40,526 bases of DNA, taken from the NCBI GenBank assembly GCA_965648935.1, contig CBFGIY010000013.1:1-40526 (forward strand), in the 5' to 3' direction. Shown piece after piece: positions 35,520-40,526 of this stretch (its first letter is position 1; the number at the start of each line of letters is the position of its first letter). The notes beneath the pieces are model-generated. The model was given only the letters and a program-made list of their open reading frames with translations. It was not told the origin of the DNA and ran no database searches. Source of the stretch: a candidate division WOR-3 bacterium. Lineage in GTDB: Bacteria; Hydrothermota; Tepidihabitantia; Tepidihabitantales; Tepidihabitantaceae. The position numbers were made by a program, and so were the translations under genes.

Positions 35520-38500
35520 CGCGCCACAGCCAGCTTGGCGAACCGCACTTCCCTCTGCCCCGCGCCCTCGACCTCGAGGCGCACGACATAGAGCCCGGCC
35601 GCGATGCCGCGCAGGTCGACCGCGGTTTCGTTGTCGAGTCCGGCAAGGGCCTGACCCGAAAAACGCTTCATCACCGGCTCGCCGGCCAAGTTCAGCACGG
35701 TCAGGTCGGCCCGCGCCGCGCCCTCGCCCAACCGGTACCGGGCATACGCCTCGCGCTCGGCCGGGTTCGGGTACAGGTAGAACGAGCTCGCCAGATTCGC
35801 GCCTGGCCCGGGCATTTCGGGCAGGTCGCCCGGACGCAGCAGACCGGTGTGGCACGGGTCACGGTAAGCCCCGGACCACTTGACTCCGTTTGCCGGGCCA
35901 GGCAGGTCCCAGACATAGAAGATGCCGGAGTCCGAGCCCACGGCCAGTTCCAGGTCGCCGTCGCGGTCCAGGTCCGCGACCAGCGGTGTCGCGCTCACCG
36001 CCGCGGTCGTCATCAGCGGGAACCGCTGCACGAGGCGTCCGGTCCTGCCGTCCAGGGCCAGCACGCCGTACTGGGGCGAACCGATGACCACGTCCGGCGC
36101 GCCGTCGCCGTCCACGTCTGCGACCGCCGGCGACGAGACGAACCGGAAGTACACGTCGTAGGTGATTATCCAGTTGCCGGCCAGCTCCTGTATCGCGTAG
36201 GTCGAGTCGCGCCGGAACGGGTAGTTCGTCACCGGCGCTCCGCTGTGGGCGAAGGCGTGCAGCTCGTTCATCGAGGCCGCAAGCACGTCAATCCTGCCGT
36301 CGCCGTCCATATCGACGGCGGCCGGCGTGCCGTAGAACGGATGCCGGATTGACTCGCGCGAGCGGTACAGCACCGTGCCGTCGAGCGAAACCAAGCTCAG
36401 CCGGTGGTTGAAATCGCCTGCGGCAATCACGGCTATCTCGAGCTGGCCGTCGCGATTGAAGTCACCGACCAGCGGCTGGGCGGTCGCGTAGAACGGGCTG
36501 ATGCCCAACTCGACCGGGAAATTGGGCGCGATGCTGCCGTCCGGGTTGACCAGGAACAGGCGGCTGTCGCCGGTCAGCACGACGACCTGACCGCGCACCG
36601 TGTCGGTCACCGCGACCGTGGCTCGCACTTCCGTGCCCAGGCTCATCGGAAACCCCGGCAGCGCCGTCCCGTTGCCGCGCCACGCGTGGAGCTTCATGTC
36701 AGTCGAGCCGACTATGATGTCGAGCGCGCCGTCGCCGTCGAGGTCGGCAAGAACAGGCGCGGCGAGTATGCGGTCGCCGGTCGCCATCACTGCCAGCGAT
36801 GCGCCGCCCGTGTCGGGATAGACCCGCACCCGGCCAAGCTTGTTCACCGCGACAATCTCGGGCCGGCCGTCGCCGTTCACATCGCCGACCGCCGGCGGCG
36901 CGGCCATCGGTCCGGTCACCGCGCCGGGCCAGCGCGACGAGTAGGGCCGGCCGTCAGCCCGCCAGACCCGGATGCGGCCCATCGTATCGGCCGCTACGAT
37001 CTCGAGGCTGTCGTTACCGTCGAGGTCCACGGCACAGGCTGAAAGGAACGGCGCGGCGCCACCGGCAATCGGGAAACCGCGCTGGTACAGGTCCCAGTTG
37101 ATGCGGATGGCAATCACGGTGTCCTTGAGCGGCCGGGTCGAATCGGCCTCGCCCAGCAGTTCCACGCGCAGGTGGGTCTTGCCGGTATGGCCGTCCGAGT
37201 TGGGATTGGTCTCGCTGGTGAACCGGTCGTTGTACGCACCTTTGGCGAACGCGTCGAACTTGTAGCCGTACACCTCGTACTCGAAGTCGCGGCTCTGCCA
37301 GTAGGGCACGTCGAAATCCTGCACGCCATCGCCCTCGACCAGGTCAACGCCCTTGCGCTTCGGGAAAATGTTGACCGCGTTGTACGGCCCGTAGTCGGCC
37401 AGTATCCTCTCGTCGATGTGCCATATCAACAGGCCCGAACCGGGCTGGAAGAAATCGTACTCGTTGCCGCCCACGGCAATCACAACGCCGTCCTCGACGT
37501 CAACGTCTATCGTGTCCGGGTGGAGCACGTCGGTCTGACGGTTCTCGATAAGGAAGTACTCGTCGGCGCTTATCGGGATGCGCACTATGGTCGGTGCCAG
37601 AGTATCGGACCGGGCCGCGAACAGCCCGGTGTCCATCTGCGCCGCGAACACCAGAACGCTCTCGCGCGGCACCGTCACCTCGAGCGGCGTGATGAATCCG
37701 AAATGCACGCGGTGGAAAGCGTCAAGGAAACCGGGTATCACGCCGGGCGGCGCGCCCGCGCCGTAGTCCCCAAGCCACCCGCCATAGCCCATCAGGCTCC
37801 AGCCGCCCACGCCCATCGTGACACCGGTGACGTCGTACAGGTCATATGAGCCGAGCAGGTGCGCGAACTCGTGCACCAGCGTGCCGGCCAGCCCGACCAT
37901 CCCGAGCAGGTTGGTGTAGCCGTTGTACATCGTGTCCTGCCGCATCATCTCGGGCAGGATGGTGGATTGCTCGATGCGCGTGCGGCCCGAATCGACCAGG
38001 ATGTAGGGCTCGCCCAGGTAGGCCTGTATCGCGCCGGAAGGAATCTCGCCTGCGAAAAGGTCAAACGGGCTGTTGCGTGCCAGGCCGAAGTCCGACTGCA
38101 GACCCGACCCGGCATGGAAGATTATCACCTCATCAAAGTCGGCGTACCGGAACGCGGGGTCCTCGTCAGCGATCTTGAGCGCGTCGCGCATCAGGCGCAC
38201 CAGCCCGAGTTCAATCGCCTCAAAGGAGACCGTGTCGCCGTAGAACATCATATCGCGCGGCATCTGGTAGCAGTCGCGCTCGCCCTCGGGCATCACGGTG
38301 TAGTCCACGTACAGCCGGCCCAGCGACTGGGCCAGGTAGTAGTTGCGCAACCCTTCCATCTGGCGCTCGAAATAGCGCTTGAAGTGCGGCGGATCGTAGA
38401 ACAGGCCCGAGTCCGGCGAGAGGAAACCGAGCGTGTCCATCTTGCCGTTGCCCGTGGTCAGCGGCGTCGTGTCCTCGACAAACTCCACCCGCAGGCAGAG

Positions 38501-38779
38501 CACCCGCACCGTGTCGGTCTCGCCCCGGCGCAGCCGTTCGATGCGCTCGATGTCATTCTGCAGCGGGCGGCGCCGGAACCGCTGAAACGGCGGCTGGTCC
38601 TCCTGCAGGGTCGTGTAATTCTGCAGGAACCGGGCGACCTGCCGCCCCTCGCCCGGGATATCGCGGCGGTTGCCCCTTACCAACTGCAGACGCTCGGCCT
38701 GTGCCGTCCCGGCGGCAACCGAAAGCGCTGCTGCGGCCAAAATGAAAGCGGCGATTCTGCTATTCGTGGGAGACTCCAA
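35516..38779 (-). CDS. Secreted M6-family (immune inhibitor A-like) metalloprotease with FG-GAP repeats and C-terminal sorting-type domain
   Basis: IFHAG, HEFAHLLGSYDLYD, WSLMGYG, EYFLIENR, GLLIWHID; DLDGDG repeats; YPNP...GLYVV...KLAVAR. Confidence 0.88.
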   Translation of the reverse strand: MESPTNSRIAAFILAAAALSVAAGTAQAERLQLVRGNRRDIPGEGRQVARFLQNYTTLQEDQPPFQRFRRRPLQNDIERIERLRRGETDTVRVLCLRVEFVEDTTPLTTGNGKMDTLGFLSPDSGLFYDPPHFKRYFERQMEGLRNYYLAQSLGRLYVDYTVMPEGERDCYQMPRDMMFYGDTVSFEAIELGLVRLMRDALKIADEDPAFRYADFDEVIIFHAGSGLQSDFGLARNSPFDLFAGEIPSGAIQAYLGEPYILVDSGRTRIEQSTILPEMMRQDTMYNGYTNLLGMVGLAGTLVHEFAHLLGSYDLYDVTGVTMGVGGWSLMGYGGWLGDYGAGAPPGVIPGFLDAFHRVHFGFITPLEVTVPRESVLVFAAQMDTGLFAARSDTLAPTIVRIPISADEYFLIENRQTDVLHPDTIDVDVEDGVVIAVGGNEYDFFQPGSGLLIWHIDERILADYGPYNAVNIFPKRKGVDLVEGDGVQDFDVPYWQSRDFEYEVYGYKFDAFAKGAYNDRFTSETNPNSDGHTGKTHLRVELLGEADSTRPLKDTVIAIRINWDLYQRGFPIAGGAAPFLSACAVDLDGNDSLEIVAADTMGRIRVWRADGRPYSSRWPGAVTGPMAAPPAVGDVNGDGRPEIVAVNKLGRVRVYPDTGGASLAVMATGDRILAAPVLADLDGDGALDIIVGSTDMKLHAWRGNGTALPGFPMSLGTEVRATVAVTDTVRGQVVVLTGDSRLFLVNPDGSIAPNFPVELGISPFYATAQPLVGDFNRDGQLEIAVIAAGDFNHRLSLVSLDGTVLYRSRESIRHPFYGTPAAVDMDGDGRIDVLAASMNELHAFAHSGAPVTNYPFRRDSTYAIQELAGNWIITYDVYFRFVSSPAVADVDGDGAPDVVIGSPQYGVLALDGRTGRLVQRFPLMTTAAVSATPLVADLDRDGDLELAVGSDSGIFYVWDLPGPANGVKWSGAYRDPCHTGLLRPGDLPEMPGPGANLASSFYLYPNPAEREAYARYRLGEGAARADLTVLNLAGEPVMKRFSGQALAGLDNETAVDLRGIAAGLYVVRLEVEGAGQREVRFAKLAVAR

Positions 38780-38806
38780 TCCTGTCAGCGTGACAGACGG
38801 TCGGAT

Positions 38807-38834
38807 AACTTACGGTGTGACGCAGACTGCACAA
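38807..38834 (-). promoter_or_regulatory. Possible promoter for the M6 protease operon
   Basis: TTGTGC(38834-38829), 16 bp, TAAGTT(38812-38807). Confidence 0.45.
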
Positions 38835-38838
38835 CACG

Positions 38839-38990
38839 GCAGCCAAATCCATCCGCATTGCTCAGAATCAGAAGCGGAGAGAGAGGGAGGTGCTCTGCGA
38901 GGCCGCAGGTCGCTCCTCTGCTCTGTCCGAATGCGACCCGCGCTGCCGAGCAGCCAAATCCATCCGCATTCTGGAACGGAGAGAGAGGGA
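38839..38990. repeat. tRNA-Ser-linked direct repeats
   Basis: 21-bp GCAGCCAAATCCATCCGCATT at 38839-38859 and 38950-38970; 14-bp CGGAGAGAGAGGGA (tRNA 3' end) at 38875-38888 and 38977-38990. Confidence 0.9.
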
Positions 38991-39063
38991 TTTGAACCCC
39001 CGATACCCGTAAGGGTATACGTGATTTCGAGTCACGCGCCATCGTCCACTCGGCCATCTCTCC
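38977..39063 (-). tRNA. tRNA-Ser(CGA)
   Basis: GGAGAGA-TGGCCGAGTGGACGATGGCG-CGTGA CT CGA AA TCACG, long variable arm TACCC-TTAC-GGGTA, GGGGG TTCAAAT CCCTC-TCTCTCC-G. Confidence 0.95.
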
Positions 39064-39071
39064 GTGCATAA

Positions 39072-39542
39072 TCACTCGCCGTTGCCCGCGGCACTGCGCC
39101 GTTGCCGGAAGAACCCTCTGAGCAGCCGCGCCGAATCCTCGGCCATCACGCCGCCGGTGACGGCGAACCTGTGGTTGAACCGGTTGTCCGCGGCGATGTC
39201 GTAGCGCGAACCGAGGCACCCGAACTTCGGGTCGCTCGCGCCGAACACCACCCGGTCGGGCCGCGCCAGCACCAGCGCCCCGCAGCACATCAGGCAAGGC
39301 TCCAGCGTTATGTACACGGTCGCACCCGAGAGCCGCCAGTTGCCCAGCGTGCTCGCCGCCGCGCTCAACGCGACGATCTCGGCGTGCGCGGTCGGGTCCT
39401 GCAGGCCCTCAGTGCGGTTGCGGCCGCGGCCGATAACCCGGTTCTCGTGGACAATCACGCACCCGACCGGGACCTCGCCGTCAGCCTTGGCGGCCTCGGC
39501 TTCCTGCAGGGCGAGAGTCATCCAGTGTTCGTCGGGCACCAC
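39072..39542 (-). CDS. tadA: tRNA adenosine(34) deaminase; start GTG 39542 or TTG 39548
   Basis: DEHWM..AL.EA, GEVPVG, DPTAHAE, TLEPCLMC.GA, DPKFG..GS, NH, FF. Confidence 0.93.
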   Translation of the reverse strand: MVPDEHWMTLALQEAEAAKADGEVPVGCVIVHENRVIGRGRNRTEGLQDPTAHAEIVALSAAASTLGNWRLSGATVYITLEPCLMCCGALVLARPDRVVFGASDPKFGCLGSRYDIAADNRFNHRFAVTGGVMAEDSARLLRGFFRQRRSAAGNGE

Positions 39543-39557
39543 GGTCAACCAGCAAAA

Positions 39558-39631
39558 CGCGCCCGGCGTGACTCGAACACGCAACCTACGGATTCGTAGT
39601 CCGGCACTCTATCCAATTGAGCTACGGGCGC
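39558..39631 (-). tRNA. tRNA-Arg(ACG)
   Basis: GCGCCCG-TAGCTCAATTGGATAGAGT-G-CCGGA CT ACG AA TCCGT-AGGTT-GCGTG TTCGAGT CACGC-CGGGCGC-G. Confidence 0.95.
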
Positions 39632-39647
39632 GTACTTCAGCAGGGGT

Positions 39648-39676
39648 ATTCTATTGGCCGCCCCTCCCCCAGTCAA
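39648..39676 (-). promoter_or_regulatory. Promoter for tRNA-Arg-tadA-tRNA-Ser
   Basis: TTGACT(39676-39671), 17 bp, TAGAAT(39653-39648). Confidence 0.72.
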
Positions 39677-39720
39677 GCCAGCCAGCGCAGGCCCGCCGCT
39701 GTGAGAACGAGCTTCCACGC

Positions 39721-39755
39721 AAACAGCGGCGGGGTGGCGCCATCCACCCCGCCGC
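39721..39755 (-). terminator. Intrinsic terminator after the IS-disrupted gene
   Basis: 12-bp stem GCGGCGGGGTGG/CCACCCCGCCGC, followed by TGTTT on the minus strand. Confidence 0.7.
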
Positions 39756-39775
39756 ACACAGAAACCGGGTCAGTA

Positions 39776-40353
39776 CTAGTCCGCCAGCACGACCTTTCGG
39801 CTCAGCCTGCGCTCGCCGGCCTCCAGCGCGCAGAAGTAGACGCCCGCCGCCAGCCTGCTGCCTTCATCGTCCCGGCCGTTCCAGCGGGTCGAGTACCGGC
39901 CCGGCGCTCGCTCGCCTTCCTCCAGCACCCGCACCAGCCTGCCCGCCGTGTTGTACACCCGCAGGCTGACCGGCTGCAGCGTCGGCAACTGCCAGTGTAT
40001 GGTGAGCCCGGTCCGGGCCGGGTTGGGCTCGGCTCGCTCAAGTGCGAACACCAAGGTGCCGGCTGTCTGCCCGCCGTCGGTACGCCGCCGGTGGCGAAGG
40101 AACCAGATGCCGGTCCCGGGCCTTCGCCTCGGCCCGTCACCGAGCGTCGGACTCAGCGACTCCCGCTCATAGGCCACGGCATTGGAGCACAGAACCGACT
40201 GGTAGTAGACGTCGGGGTTGTCGCGCATCGCAGTCGCATCCGTCAGTGGCGAGAACCCGCCCGAGAACGCATCGACCCAGCCAATCTCGCTGCCCTCTCC
40301 CGGCCAGCGAGCGCAGTAGATGGAGTACCCGTCCGGCGACCAGTCAGGCGCGG
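39776..40353 (-). pseudogene. 3' remnant of a PD40/TolB-repeat secreted protein with FlgD-Ig C-terminal domain, interrupted by IS3
   Basis: Frame stays open upstream of ATG 40228 to the IS boundary, reading APDWSPDGYSIYCARW...; C-terminus PNP...VYNTAGRLVR...WNGRDDEG..LAAGVYF. Confidence 0.75.
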
Positions 40354-40526
40354 TGGACTTCCCCCGATATGAAGGACACGCGGGAAAGCGGCTGTAGACT
40401 CATATCGGAGGTACCGAATGGTCGAGCAATCGAGGTCCGGAGTCCGCAAGAACTACACGCGTGAGTACAAGCTGGAAGCGGTCCGGCTGGCCAATGAGAG
40501 CGGTCTGTCGGTAGCCCGGGTTGCGC
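40354..40526 (+). mobile_element. IS3-family insertion sequence, left end (truncated by window end)
   Basis: TG-initiated terminal repeat TGGACTTCCCCCGATATGAAGGACAC followed by an OrfA-like reading frame. Confidence 0.8.
40418..40526 (+). CDS. IS3-family transposase OrfA N-terminus (partial; absent from the ORF track)
   Basis: GGAGG SD; MVEQSRSGVRKNYTREYKLEAVRLANESGLSVARVA fits HTH_Tnp_1 pattern R..Y..EFK.EAV.L....G.SV..VA. Confidence 0.85.
   Translation, partial: MVEQSRSGVRKNYTREYKLEAVRLANESGLSVARVA

Noticed and set aside
35520..35855. N-terminal extension of the 14-repeat protein in the ORF track
   Set aside because: Overlaps the M6 protease C-terminus; the signal peptide and ATGA coupling place the start at 35519.
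38839..38970. Mini CRISPR array
   Set aside because: Only two 21-bp copies 90 bp apart, tied to a tRNA end, with no cas genes in the window.

Overview
A GC-rich bacterial chromosomal window of mostly core genes. These include argF, trxB, a compact dacB-like gene, gap-pgk-tpiA-secG-rplU, a stand-alone IMP-cyclohydrolase half of purH, apgM, plsY-gpsA, purM, nadB-xerD and tadA, plus three tRNAs (Val-CAC, Ser-CGA, Arg-ACG). Interspersed are seven secreted proteins ending in an FlgD-Ig/T9SS-type C-terminal domain, several lipoproteins and small unknowns. This mix suggests an FCB-related lineage such as candidate division WOR-3 (inference only). The left edge holds a phage tail-collar domain. The right edge is the left end of an IS3-family element that truncates a secreted-protein gene. 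I see no CRISPR array and cannot support a complete new defence or mobile system. The most distinctive signals are: (1) sigma70-like promoters with mostly 16-bp spacers and many apparently leaderless genes; (2) a tRNA-Ser 3'-end duplication with a 21-bp repeat; (3) a triple-HTH protein with a sigma region 4-like helix; (4) a stand-alone 8-Cys zinc-ribbon gene with a structured leader; (5) a hairpin-dense ~370-bp intergenic region next to an operator-like palindrome; (6) a paralogous lipoprotein pair; (7) likely non-canonical starts and a coupled uORF. All calls were made by eye from the sequence; no searches were run.
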